This document shows, in pieces, positions 46,061-59,282 of a stretch of DNA of 64,000 nucleotides (positions within the stretch are counted from its first letter, which is position 1; each line of letters opens with the position of its first letter). Where the stretch lies: positions 116,066,001-116,130,000 of the forward strand of contig NW_024704742.1 in NCBI RefSeq assembly GCF_018977255.1, in the 5' to 3' direction. The notes under the pieces are model-generated. The model was not told the origin of the DNA and made no database searches. It saw only the letters and a list, made by a program, of their open reading frames with translations. Made by a program: the position numbers and the translations under genes. This DNA is from Callorhinchus milii. Taxonomy: Eukaryota.

Positions 46061-47559
46061 AACTACATTCATTTAGTGTGTCTAAAAGCTTGTTTAAAGG
46101 GTGGAGTGTGTTAAAAATATTTGCAAGTTCAGTGTTCATTGTTGAATTTTAGATCTCTTAACTGAATTTGAATAAGTGATGCCTCAAATCCATGCTGAAC
46201 TGCTCAACCCTCCCTCTCAAAAATAATTATTTCAGTTTGTATCAAACTGAGGAGTTTGATTCAAAAATATATATTTTTAAAGTATTTCAACAGCTTTCTC
46301 AATTGTTTCCTAATCAAATATGAAATGGGGTATTTAGATAAATTGAAAGTGTCATAAAAGCTGCAGTGATTATTAACATTGCATGCTTGCTAGCAAAGAT
46401 GGTGTCTTATTGTACAGTTTATTCAGAAATGTAGCTGTTATTACTAAAGCTAAACAATCCATGTTATACCAGACAAATTTTGCAGTTCATTGGACATGAA
46501 GACACACTTAAGATCAAATAGAACTTGCGAATGATTATATTATTAGTTATCCATGCTGCAATTCAGAAAGAAAACATTCCACAGCATGATGACCTTTTCA
46601 GTTAGCATCCAGCTGAAATCCCTACTATCCATTCCTTTCACCAACAATACCACATCAGAAGGAAATGGAATTCTAGCAATGTCAGCCATCAGATAAGTTG
46701 GGGAAAAAATCAAGAATAAACCACAATATTGAGCACTTTCCAATGTTGCTACTCTTGCTTTGTCTCCATATTTGTAATAAAACATTGATGCAGCAACTGG
46801 TAATTCTAAATATTGTTCTGTTTTATTATTACAAGGCGCCAAATGCCAGAGCATAACAGAATAAAATGATGCTGCATTTCACTGTTTTATCATCATAGTT
46901 TGCCTATCAATCCCCATCCTCACCAGGCTCCACCTAATGGATCAATTTCAACAACAATTTGCATTTATACAGCGCACCTCATGCAAGTTAGCGTCCCAGA
47001 GCTTTTTGTCATTTCAATGTCATCACCCTCACCTATAAATCACTTTGTGCCCAAGAACCTCCTCGTTCGTGTGAACTTTTCCTTCGTCACACTTATGCTC
47101 ACTTGGCAAATACTGGCCTGCTGTAAATTCTCTGCTCCACCACTGGTGGCTGAGTCTTCACTAACCTTCATCTTTTGTAGCTCCCACCATTTTGCCCCTT
47201 CTCAATCTTTAACTCCAGCCTAAAAACCTACCACTTCAATCATGCACACAATTATCTCCTTCCCCTCCTTCCTTGTTTGGTAGATAACACTTATGATGAA
47301 GTGTTCCAAGGTGTCACTGCTGTCCACAATGGGGGAGAAGGAAGAGTAAATCTTTGATGTATCCTTAACAAATTTTGGGTTTATTTACATAATTTACAGG
47401 CTTATTGCCAAGGAGAGCAGTTCCCTCTTACCCCCATTTTTTGCTAAGCATATGGTTTTATATATATATATATATATATATGTGTTACTTCTGTAGATGT
47501 TGGGCTGGTGGTGGCAAAATTAGAGGGGGGCCTCTTCCAAGACCAGGGGCATCACTGCA

Positions 47560-48350
47560 AGACAACAACAACTTGCACTTATAAAGCGCCCTCTACACAG
47601 GGTAGCATCTCAAGAGTGCTTAACAGTGGTGGAGCCTGATTCTGAGCTGGAGGGTCGTGGGAGGTGACCGTAAGCACGGCTGAAGAAGGTTTTCAGGCAA
47701 GACTTGAAAAGGGAGAGAGGGGGTACAGTGGAGGGATTGAGGGAGAGTGTTCCAGAGTTTTGGGGCATAGTGGCTGAAAGCGCGACCTCCGATGGTGGGG
47801 TGGAGGGTGCGAGGGATGAGTAGGAGACCGGTGCCAGTCGAGTGGAAGCGCCGGTTGATGGATTTGGGGAGTGAGGAGGTTGGGGAGGTGTCAGGGAGTG
47901 AATGGATTTGAACACAAATGTGAGGATCTTGAAGTCGATCCTTTCGGTGATGGGGAGTCAGTTCTGGCCAGAACTGGTGAGATGTGGGTGCGGAGTTTGG
48001 TTCAGGTCAGTATGCGGGCGGCAGAGTTCTGAATGGACTGGATCTTTTGAACAGTGGAGCTGGGGAGACCGGCGAGGAGTGCGTTGGAGTAATCCAAGTG
48101 GGAGGTGACAAACGCATACACAAGGGTTTCGTCTACATTTAGGGTAAGGTACAGTTGGAGGCGGGCAATGTGGCCGAGGTGGAAGAAGGTAGTCCTGGTC
48201 AGGGACCATATGTGGGAGAGGAAGGACAGCTGGGGGTCGAACCATACGCCTAGATTGCACACAGGTTCAGTGAAAGTCAGGTAGAGCCCAGGGACGTTGA
48301 GGTGTTCAGATCCGCAGGAGTGAAGATGTTGACGGGAGCCCAGGAGTATG
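47560..48350 (-). mobile_element. L2 3' fragment; further L2 fragments at ~5806-6190(-), 20160-20655(+), 27150-27560(+), 37230-37475(+), 39430-39620(+), 56010-56260(-)
   Basis: CNLGVWFDPQLSF, SHLDYSNALLAGLP, IQNSAARILT, FKSCLKTFF, and (CAA)n tail at 47563. Confidence 0.85.
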
Positions 48351-49034
48351 GCTAAAAGTGTCATGTAGACACTTCCTACATGAACACAGCTATATAATGT
48401 AAGTTGTATATAAACATTTGAAAGCGCAAATAATTGTTTTCACAAGTTCTGAAGCATATTATTCTACTTTGGGACGTCCTCCTGACGTAATAGGAGCTAT
48501 ATAAGTGTAACTTGTTTTGTGTAAAGTTAATCAAAATTAATCTAACTTTAAATCCAGTGGCTGTTAGAAAAGTTAATAAATATCATCAAATGTAGGGAGA
48601 AATTTGTAGTATGTGAAGTGTTAATTGTCACATCTCATTTCCCACAATTACCACAATTACGCAGTTATTCTGAAATTTACTGAAAAGAGCTTTGGAATCA
48701 CATTTCCTAAAAAAAACTGCAGCTTTTCATCACTTAATTCCAACAAAACAAACTATAGCTAATGTGATAAATCTTAAAATATGTTTGGTACAATTTCTTA
48801 TGCATTCAGCTCACTCAATGCTAAAACTTGGAACTCAGAACTTTTGAGTTTTCAGAATTGAACACAAGATGGCGACATTGGAACATACATTCATCCATTT
48901 ATTAATTTTTTTTTATATATACCAGTGTAACCGATTTACAGCAGTTACAAAATCAAGTGCGTCAATGAATACGTGTTTCAATGTCAGTTAATTCATTGGT
49001 ATTCAATCTAAAGATTTTTTTTTAAATGAGGACT

Positions 49035-49241
49035 AATAATATTCCCTCAAGAAAATAAAACAATAATAAATTGGTCACTTCAAGCCATGACTGTTTGTGG
49101 GACACTGCTCTGCGCATTTGGCTGCCACATTTTGCCCACAAATATACAGTCAATTCACTTTACAGTATATTCTGTGAAGCGCTTTGAGACGTCGAGAAGA
49201 TGTGAAAAGCGCTATATCAAATGCAAGGATTATTATTATTA
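49035..49241 (+). mobile_element. 5'-truncated SINE copy
   Basis: Deu-like body plus GTGAAAAGCGCTATATCAAATGCAAGGATTATT tail. Confidence 0.8.
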
Positions 49242-49894
49242 CTGTATTGATTCATTCAGAATACTTTAATAAAGTGCAAATATTTTCAACTGAAATACAA
49301 TATAATAATATGTTATTTGCAGAATATTTCAAGAAATGATCACCTGACTACACTGACAGTGGAAGAACTTGGAAGAAGATGATTCGCTTTGGGAAGGAGA
49401 AACACTTGGGGGTGGTGTTATTTATGTCATGACCCTTGACCAGTTTTGTGGGATGGGATTTTTTTTTACAAAAGTTTGCATGTTAAACGTGCCAATTATT
49501 TTCTTGGTATATATAATGATTTTCTTGGAAGACTATGTGAGGGGTAATTCTCTGCCTTCTAAAATTATTTTTGCACCATTTCCCAATTGGGTCTTTATTT
49601 CTGCATCTCAAAGCCATTCATCTGAGATTTGGAAAAGATGTTTGTTTTAAAACAAATGAGGAGAGCTGTTATTTTGTCACCCTGGATTCCATTATATTCT
49701 TGCTTCCTTCTGTGCATCTTATGGGAAGGAAAAAGCTGCTCCCATGAGGCTTTTAAAACAAATGGAATCAATCACAATGCAGTTAAGTGGTAACATTCAT
49801 TTGGACAAGGGAGCAATGCAGACCATTTGGGTCGAGAGTTAACAATAGAACCTTGGTTTGTGGAATGATTGTTTAATTCCTTCAAATTATTTTT

Positions 49895-50183
49895 TTCTTT
49901 GGATGAGACATTAAACGGAAGTTCCAGCTGCCTGTTCAGGTGAATGATAAAGATCCCATGGCACTATTTGAAAAGAGAAGGGAGTTTCTTCTAGTGTCCT
50001 GGCCAACAATCCCTCAAATAAAAAAAATGTTCACTCAGTCTGTGGCTGTTTGTGGGGCACTGCTGTGCTCAAATTAACAAAATAAACAATCAAACCACTT
50101 TACTGCATATCCTGTGAAATGCTTTGAGACGTCTCAACGACTGATAAGTGGCTATATTTAATGCAAGGATTATGATTATTATT
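49895..50183 (+). mobile_element. Older Deu-type SINE, 5'-truncated
   Basis: GGATGAGACATTAAAC...AAAGATCCCATGGCACTATTTGAAAAGAG...tail. Confidence 0.7.
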
Positions 50184-50529
50184 AAAATACTTATCCTGCT
50201 TTTAATAGAAATAGCATTTAGAAAAACTAAAACTACATGAGTGACAAACTAATAATGTTATAAGTCTTTTTTAACATTACATATCACTGCACTCAAGAAA
50301 TGCTATTCATCAGCGAGATTTTATTTCTCTGCAAAACCTTCTTGTATCAAATGACTACTCCCTACTTTTTGCAATGGTCCAACCATCCTAGAAACAGCAG
50401 TACAGGAATCCCCCAGGTGTAATGGCAGCGATAATGGAGGATGTCAATGTTAAGCCAAGATGGGAGAAGAAAACAGTACAATATTAATAACAACCATAGT
50501 TGGAAGTATGCTACATCTTGTGGCATATA

Positions 50530-51851
50530 AGACCTATCTGCAAACAGTGCTTTAAGGATCCGAGCTCCTGGGGATGCATCGGAGAAGGTTCCTTCGACCC
50601 ATCAGCAAAGTCCAGGATCAAGCAGTGAAGTGGATTTGTGGCAAACAAGGGAAGCGACTGCAGGGAGGGAGGTCTCCAGCCTATACTCACCTGTCACTAA
50701 ACACCCTGGTGGCAGAGATGGCTTCACAGCAGGCAAGTCTATTTGCCAAGGCCCCTCGCGTGAGGACGTGGCTTAAGCATCTGATGCTGAGTAAGACTAG
50801 TACACAGCATTGGACTTGGACCTCGAGAACATCAAGTTGGCTGGTACGTCACAAGCTGACCTGTGAAGGTCCTCCCACCACGCTGAAGGCAGAGGCCCGC
50901 CAAATGGCTGATGAAGAAATTCTGAGGCTTTGGGTGATAGTTGCTGGAATTATGGGATTCCGAGTTAGTGAACACACGTTCGTACATCCAGTGCCTGGAA
51001 TCCACCTTGATTGGTCTGCAGAGAGGTCAGCATCTGCTGCTTAAACTCTACACCTCCAATTGGTGAAACCATTACTTAAAGGCATGTGTGCCCGAACTGC
51101 AGACAGAAAGATGGTGGCAATATCTCACATTTCATACTGAGCTGTGTTGGCCACCAGGAAGCTCACAGGGAATTCCTAGTACCTACCATCCACCTACTGA
51201 GGCTCAGACTCACACTTGTCAACCACCAACTAGTGACTGTCCTCCTTGTGGGGGGAGTAACGGGTTCTCCTTGGAGCTGAACTGGCTCCAAGGTGACATG
51301 TCTGGCAATGGAATGTTAGAATCGAGCCAGCTCTCTGTGGTGGTCTTGGTAGTCCAGTTCCTGAGCCAGGTGGGGTCTGCAGTATTCCAGGATGTTGCTA
51401 ATAACAGCACAGGCAGCCTGGCTCATTGGCAGGACTTGGAAGAGCAGACCAGTCACTGAGTGTAGAGAATCCCCCACTCAGCTCCTGTTAAGCCCTGCAA
51501 GCCAAAGCTCAAATCGAGTAGGGTGGTCCTAGCTGGACAAGCAGCAGGAAAACTTGCCAAAAAGTGATATCAAACTATGTGGTTTTAGCTGGTTAAACTC
51601 CCAACAGTACCCCAATGCACACTCTGGGGTCCCCAAGCCTTGGCTTTTGCCAACTTGCACCTAACAGTTTCTGGAATTAGGTAAGCAGGATGGGTCCTTC
51701 CAGGGAACGAATGCAAATTCCATTCCACCAATCTATCTCTGGATTTTCCATGTGTATGTGGGATGCATGGAATTCTCAGTTTGGTTTGGATACTCTTAAG
51801 CATGGTGATGGGTTTCCGCATGTGTCAGACACCTGGCTGCCCAAAAAAAAA
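50530..51851 (+). mobile_element. Decayed 3' part of a non-LTR retrotransposon distinct from CR1/L2 (RT thumb, CCHC knuckle, ~390-nt 3' UTR)
   Basis: VL*GSELLGM (YGxELxG-type thumb motif with a stop), ASLFAKAPRVRTWL, WTWTSRTSSW, CPNC-x8-HFILSC, VLLVGG. 3' end GGCTGCCC(A)9. Homologous copies at 60950-61512(+), 4114-4645(-), 11583-12650(-, interrupted), 13388-13575(-). Confidence 0.7.
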
Positions 51852-53235
51852 TACAGGTCCTCCTTTTCAGTCATTTCAGTCAAACAAATCCCAGTATCAT
51901 GACTTGTTGAATCATGTTTTACAATATCACATAAACTAAGAGACCAGCATTGGATGACTGGGCCTAACTGAAGAAATATTTGTGGACTCCACTGCCCACT
52001 GGGGTGTGGTGGAAATCGGGAAATCTTGACTGTAAGGTCAGAAGCACAAACCCAAGCCTTACAATTTCATAATTCCAAGGTGCATACTCTTGATTCTTCG
52101 ATTACCACTATGTGTCAGTCCTCATTACTCAGCAGTCTCCAAATGTTATGAGGGAAATGTTTCATTATCATGCCTAGCAAGTATGGACAATCATTTAATT
52201 TGCAGTCTCAGCACTTCAGATGCATTTACATTCCTAAGGTACAAAATAGTACTTTTGATCCATGTGAGGGCTGTGTTATGATCATCTATTTTATTCTGGT
52301 TATGTTTTGGCTGACAGGATTATAATAATATTTTTGAATATGGTTATACTTAGGGCAAATGGTATAATTAGTGTCAAAGTAACGGATGTGGTTATGCTAG
52401 GAAGAACAGCATCGTTCTGGTTCTGTTTACTGCAGTGGCCCTACTTGTCTACTTACAAAGGCTGGATTTGATCAAACTCAAACCGCAGAGTGCTGCAGAT
52501 GGTAAATTTCAATTGGTAAGCATCTTAAAGTGCTTCCTCATTCGAGTGGACCCAGAAAAAGCTTTGCTCTTGTTGGTCACTTTATAGATGTTTAACTTGT
52601 AACTCTTAGCATTCATGTTTTTGGCTTAGTCCACTGAACACCTATAAATAGAATTCCTGCTGGTTATAGCCAGGAGGAGAAGGGGAAAGAAAGGCAAGAT
52701 GGAAAAATAAACCGGTTGCACCCACTGTGTAAAAGTAGCAGCCAGTGCAAAGCTAATATTTTAAATTTGATGACTAAAATATTTGTAAGACAGTCCACTG
52801 AATTCCTTTAATTTACAATGTTAACATTAGTGAAAACCTGACTGTTTCACTAGCTCATCGCTGACGTTAAAAGTGTAAATAACATTGACATAACCAGTGA
52901 GTACAGCTCTGGTCATGTACTTGAGTGAACGTGTGCAGTGCTTTGCTTTGTTTAAGAAGAACATGGAGCGAGCAGTAAAACTCCATACTGCTGGCTTTCA
53001 GTGATCAACTTCAGATAAAAAAGACTCAAAGTGCTTCACAGGTAATTACTGTCAAGTGTGGTGACTGCTTTTTTGGCAAATGTTTGCATACAACAAGGTC
53101 ATTCAAACAGTCATGAGTAATCAATTAATCTGGAGGATTGATGACCAGGGAAAAAAAATTGCTTCTCTTTTTGAACAGTGTCATGAAATCTTCAATGTCC
53201 ACCTGAACAAGCAGATAGTAATGATGGTGAGGACT

Positions 53236-54541
53236 ACAACAACAACAACAAGATTCCATTTATAGAGTGCCTTTCACGTCGGGAGGACGTCCCAAGGCGC
53301 TAGACAGTTGGGTCAGGACCCGAGCAGGGGGGAAATGGTCAGGGTGAGGGGAGGGAAGGGAGGGAGCGAGGAGGGGGTAGAGGGGAGCTGAAGGCAGAGT
53401 CAAAGAAAAAGGTCTTGAGACCGGCCTTGAAGGAGGAAAGGGAGGAAGCAAGGCAAAGGCACTGGGGGATGGAGTTCCAGAGCCTAGGGGCTGAGAGGCT
53501 GAAAGCCCGGCCACTGATGGTAGGGCGGTTGGGGCGGGGGATGTGGAGCAGACTGGAGCCAGAGGAATGGAGGGTACGGTCAGGTAGGTAGGGGGATAGT
53601 AGGTCGGAGAGGTAGGAGGGAGCAAGGCCGTGAATGGCCTTGTAGGTGAGGATGAGGATCTTGAATTCGATCCTCTGGGGGATGGGAAGCCAGTGGAGGC
53701 GAGCGAGGGTGGGAGTGATGTGGTCCCGAAGCCTGGTGTGGGACAGTACATGAGCTGCAGAGTTCTGAATGACCTGCAGCTTGTGGAGGAAGGTGCCGGG
53801 AAGGCCGGCGAGGAGAGAGTTCCCATAGTCCAGCCTTGAGATGATAAAGGCGTGGACCAGAGTTTCAGCAACTTGAGGGGTGAGGTAGTGTCGTAGTCTG
53901 GCGATGTTTCGGAGGTGATGGAAGGCGATGCCAGTTGTGGTGCGGATATGAGGAAGAAAGGACAGCTCAGGGTCGAACAGAACGCCGAGGTTCCTGACTG
54001 GCTTTGAGAGGTGGAGAGTGCAGCCTTGGATGCTGATGCTGTCAGGAGGGCCTCAGTTTTGCGCACGTTGAGCTGAAGAAAGTTGTCTCTCGTCCAGGAC
54101 TCGATGTCGGACAGGCAGGCTGTCAGGACATTGGTGGTTGTGGAGTTGAGGGTAGAGGAGGAAAGGTAGAGTTTGGGTGTCATCCGCATACATGTTGAAG
54201 TTAACCCCATGTCTGCGGATGGTGTCACCAAGGGGGAGCATATAGAGGGTGAAGAGGAGGGGACCAAGGACAGAGCCCTGAGGGACACCGCACGAGACAG
54301 TGCGCAGGCTGGAGGAAAAGCCGTTTGTGGAAATAAAATGAAGACGGTGGGAGAGGTACGACCTAAACCACTCAAGGACAGGGCCTTGAAGGTTGAGGTG
54401 GGAGGACAAGCGGTGGAGGAGGATAGTGTGGTCGACCGTATCGAATGCTCCCGATAGGTCGAGGAGGACAAGGAGTCAGAGGGACCCCTGGTCGCAGATG
54501 GTCAAGATGTCATTGGTGACCTTGACCAGGGCGGTTTCTGT
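53236..54541 (-). mobile_element. Young L2-clade LINE 3' part, closely similar to 34460-35781
   Basis: ORF track shows near-identical peptides ([39 protein letters not shown]), with (CAA)n tail at 53236. Confidence 0.95.
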
Positions 54542-55220
54542 CTAGGCACCACTGTTTTGGATGAGAGATTGAGCAGATAATTTGCTCTTTGGTTTCTTTT
54601 TATTTCTCGAGAGGAAATATTTGGCTTCTACTATAGCTTGGTCATTAAGTCGTGGATGGTGCCTGGCATGAAGTGAACAATAGAAAGGGTAAAGGGAGAA
54701 AATAAAAAGTACCTTGAAGATGTATTCGCACCATCAAAAAGTAAATGGATGAAAATGTATTTGGAACTAAAGTAAAATCCACAGCATTAAACCTTATAGC
54801 TTTGGTCAGGAGGAGCATTTGAATGCATTTCAGAGATCAATCAAAACCAGTGCTTCCAGTTACAAAGCTCGTAATCATTGTCTGTGTATTCATTTAATCT
54901 TGAAATTACATAGTTAAGTGTTTAGTCTGATCTAGTTGCAGGAAGCAGTCTCAGAGTGACTTTTCTGGAGTCAGTTTCAGGTCAGGTTCCCAACCTGTAA
55001 AAGCAAAGAATCCGGTCACTTTAGGTTCAGCTGCAGTTCAGAAAATAGTCTCAAGACCAATCTAAGCACAAAGTGAAAGGCACTGCTTCACAGTCTGGAA
55101 TCCAATTGGTTGCTTTTCAGTGCTAGCAAGGCAGTTTCTGAGCTGCAGAAGTAGATCGGAGGCAGTTGCTGAATCAGGGCGGATGCCAGGATCTGAGTCA
55201 GTAAATGGACGAGGGGTTAA

Positions 55221-56011
55221 ATCAAGACAGAGGCTAGGAGCTGGGTCAGGACAGGGGCTAGGAGCGGGTCAGGACAGGGGCTAGGAGCTGGGTCAGGACA
55301 GGGGCCAGGAGCTGGGTCAGGACAGGGGCCAGGAGCTGGGTCAGGGCTGGAGCTAGGAACTGGGTCAGAGCTGGAGCTAGGAACTGGGTCAGGGCATGAG
55401 CTAGAAGCTGGGTCAGGACAAGGGCTAGGATCTGGGTCAGGGCAGGAGCTGGGTCATGGCAGAGACTAGGAGCTGGGACAGGAGCTAAGAGCTGGGTCAG
55501 GGCAGAGACTAGGAGCTGGGACAGGAGCTAAGAGCTGGGTCAGGGCATGGGCTGGGAGCTGGGTCAGGACAGGGGCTAGGTGCTGAGTCAGGGCAGGGGC
55601 TAGGTGCTGAGTCAGGACAAGGGCTAGGAGCTGGGTCAGGGTAGGGCTAGGAGCTAGGGCAGGAGTTAGGAGCGAGGTCAAGGCATGAGCTGGGTCAGGG
55701 CAGAGGCTGGGGGCTGGAGCTAGGAGCTATGTCACGGCAGAAACTAGGGTCAGGGCAGGAGCTGAGTCAGGACAGGGGCTAGGAGCTGAGTCAGGACAGG
55801 GGTTAGGAGCTAAGTCAGGATGGGCTAGGAGCCGAGTCAGGACAGGGGTTAGGAGCTAATTCAGGATGGGCTAGGAGTCGAGTCAGGACAGGGGCTAAGA
55901 GCTGGAACAGGGCAGAGGCTAGGAACTGGGTCAGGAGCAAGGAGCTGAATCAGGACAGGGGCTAGGAGTTGGTTCAGGGCAGGAGCTGGGTCAGGGCAGA
56001 CGCTAGAAGCT
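55221..56011. repeat. G-rich minisatellite, ~24-bp unit TCAGGACAGGGGCTAGGAGCTGGG, roughly 30 degenerate copies
   Basis: Direct periodicity of 24 (e.g. units starting at 55293 and 55317). Confidence 0.95.
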
Positions 56012-58513
56012 GCCACCGATGTTGGGGTGGATGAGGCAGGGGATCAAGTTTCTTGAGCAGACGGGACAAATAGAGGAATGAAGCTGGAAAAGATCACAAA
56101 GGTAGAGAGGTGCAAGGGCATTAAGTGATTTGTAGGTGAGAATGAGAATCGTAAAGTTGACCCACTAGGAGACAGGGAGTCAGTGGAACCTGGTCAGAAT
56201 GTGAGTCATGGCATGGGGAAGTTTGTGTGGGTAAGGATGCAAGCAGCAAAATTTGCTAATCCGGTGAAGATCAAAGATATTGTTTTGAATAGAAGGAGCT
56301 CAATTATCATTTTGAATGAAGTTTATCCTTGAAAACAATCCCCAGATAAAATTGATCATTGACTTCATGGTTGTTTGTGGAACACTGCTGTGTGCAAACT
56401 GACTGCTGTGTTCGCCTTCAAATACACAGTCACTATGAAGCGATTTGAGACGTTTTGACAACATGATATAGCATTATATCAAATGAAAGTATTGTTATAT
56501 TCTTGGGTTTTGGAAGAAAAGTAAGTGACATTTGGTGTTTGTGAGTATCAGTTAAACAGTGCATCACTACAATAGGGAGAGTCACAAATTAGATCTACAC
56601 GTTTCACTTTCATTTGCAAGATTTCTATTTGTCTAAGACTCCAAGTATTTTCTAATACATTAGGTTTTGTACTTGGTGTAATACGAATGCGTTTAATTTA
56701 TCACTGATTTATCCTGTTAATATGCTTATTTCGCTTTAAATGGAATAAGTCTGAGTCATTCACAGAACACGTCTGTTTTCCAAAAGAAAACTGGGAGCAT
56801 AGCCGAAGTTTGCACAGAATCTAATAAATATAGAGGGTTAGATCTTGCCAAAATGTGAGTTACAAAGGTAAAGTTCTGCATCACAGGAGACGAATGTCTG
56901 CTTATACGTGTCCGCATCTTAATATGAGAAAAGCTTTGAAAGTCCTTTTGAATTGTAACAAAGGGAGTGTGGCTAATATATCTTAAAAGCCATTGCATAG
57001 TAGAATGTTTTTACTTGCAATCTGCACTACTGAAAGTTTTCAAATTAATAATAGAAGAGACAGAGCTGGCAAGATCAAAGATGGCAGAGAATTAGAACTA
57101 GGAGGAGGAGCAGAACTGGGAAAAGTAGCAGAAGCAAAGAGTTAGATGAGGAAAGTCATAAACCAGGCAAAGCAACATGATAACTAAGAACCATTTCCAC
57201 TGGAGCTAAGAAGGTTAAAGTGTAATCTGATGGAAATCTTCAAGATTATAAAAGGTTAAGATACGCAACCAGTAATAGATTACTTTCACTGTGAATGAGA
57301 CAGTAATAAGAGTGCACAATTTTAACATAACTCCTAAAGGAATGATAATAATCCTTGCATTTGATATGATATTTTATCATGTTGTTGAAAAGTCACAGAA
57401 TATACTGTATTACGTCCTCCCGACGTGAAAGGCGATCTATAAATAGAATCTTGTTGTTGTTGCAAAGTTGATTGACTTTCGCCCATTTTGTGGGTGAAAA
57501 GAATTAAAAGAAAGGTGGGAACAAATGGTTGGAATATGAAATTCTCTGCGACAAACTGTTAATAATCCTAGTAATAATGCTTGCGTTTGACATAGAGCTT
57601 TTCACGTCTTCTAGATGTCTCAAAGCGCTTCACATAATGTACTGTAAAGTGAATTGATTGTATATTTGTGGGTGAAACGTGGCAGCCAATTGCACCCAGC
57701 AGTTGAGGAGTGAGCAACCACATTTTTTTTAGTAGGGAAGAAGCAGGTAGACAAGCAGGTTTGGGACGTTTAAAGGAAGTTGAAAGTTGAATAAGTCACC
57801 AAGGTTCTGTACAGGCTCCACAAGATTAAGTCAGCATCCAAGTAGTTTGATGCTGTCACAGCCTGTGGTGAGAAGGCAATCACGGGATCCAAGCAGGAGA
57901 GCCTCAGGCTTATGAATGTTCAACTGGAAAAAGAAGTCATACCACACGGAGGAGAAGCCATTCGAGGAGACAAAGAAGGACCCACTGAATTCAGCCCATC
58001 GGAGACATGGATTTTGTTGTTACTGTTAACAACATTTATATAGTATCCTTCGTGTGGAATAACATCTCGGAGCAAATTACATAGACGGAGTTAGACACAG
58101 AGCAGGATGAGGGAGTGGTGAGGAGAGAGTTGAACATGGACATGGTGAATAATTCTACAACTGCTACTATATCAAATGCAAGGATTATTATTATTACTAT
58201 CATCGGGAACATACTGAGGATCCCCGACCCCTGGTTTCTAGCCCTTTTCACATCCTTCAGGGATGTGACCTGTTGTGAGGGTGGAAGATGACACTTTTGT
58301 ATAGCTTTTGATGAAGATAGAGGAGAAGGAGGGGGGGAGGGGGGGGATGTTGGACGAGACAGAAGAGTAAAGGGAGAGGGATCAGCCAATCAGATCATTT
58401 AGTGTAGTGGATCCCGACAATCACTTGGATCACTTGGTGCGGTGGATGAAGCCAATGAGAAGATTCGGTTTTCCTGCAGAGAACAGTCCGACTCCCAAAT
58501 AGGAGCTGTTCCT

Positions 58514-58870
58514 CACACACACACACACACACTGAGTGAGTGAGTGAGTGGCTGAGTGAATGATTGAGTGAGTGAGTGGCTAACTGAGTGAGTGACTGTG
58601 TGAGTGACTAACTGAGTGACTGAGTGACTGTGTGAATGACTAACTGAGTGAGTGAGTGACTGTGTGAGTGACTAACTGAGTGACTGAGTGACTGTGTGAG
58701 TGACTAACTGAGTGAGTGACTGAATGAGTGAGTGACTGAGTGAGTGGCTAACTGAGTGAGTGAGTGACTCAGTGAGTTACTGAGTGAGTGAGTGAGTGAG
58801 TGACTGAGTGAGTGGCTGAATGAGTGAGTGAGTAACTGAGCGACTAACTTGAGTAGTGAGTGAGTGAGTG
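58514..58870. repeat. (CA)n followed by compound (TGAG/TGAC/TAAC)n microsatellite
   Basis: Direct reading. Confidence 0.95.
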
Positions 58871-58967
58871 CTGCTCCTCCCGTTGTTTAACTCCCAGCCT
58901 GAGTGACTGGTGTCCTCGCCACTGTATCCCGCGGTGTCTCCCTGTCCTCTCGGGCACCTGAGCCACT

Positions 58968-59036
58968 TGGGGTGGGTGGGGGTGGGTGGGGGGTGGGGGG
59001 GGGGGGGGGGGGGGGGGGTGGGGGGTGGGTGGGGGT
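58968..59036. repeat. Poly-G/(GGGT)n tract
   Basis: Direct reading. Confidence 0.9.
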
Positions 59037-59282
59037 AGATGAAGCTGCGGAGACCAGCTGTCACTTCCAGCCCCAGCCCCAGCCCAGATCAGGAGGTGGG
59101 GGGAAGCCATTGCCCAGGACCAGGTAGTGTGGGTCTGTCCTGCAGGGAATCACCGCTTCTCCTGATTTATTGCTGTTTTTCTGTGTTTGCTTCTGTTCTC
59201 TCCTCTGGGAACTGAGAGAGAGAGAGAGAGAGAGAGAGATGGTGGGTGCTGCACTTGGTTGGAGATGTGAGGTCCTGTTTCT

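Noticed and set aside
53260..54471. 403-aa ORF on the minus strand
   Set aside because: Mostly an off-frame reading of a C-rich L2 ORF2 remnant; not a host gene.
55221..56011. Regular repeat array as a possible CRISPR
   Set aside because: Head-to-tail degenerate 24-mers without unique spacers, eukaryotic context, no cas genes.
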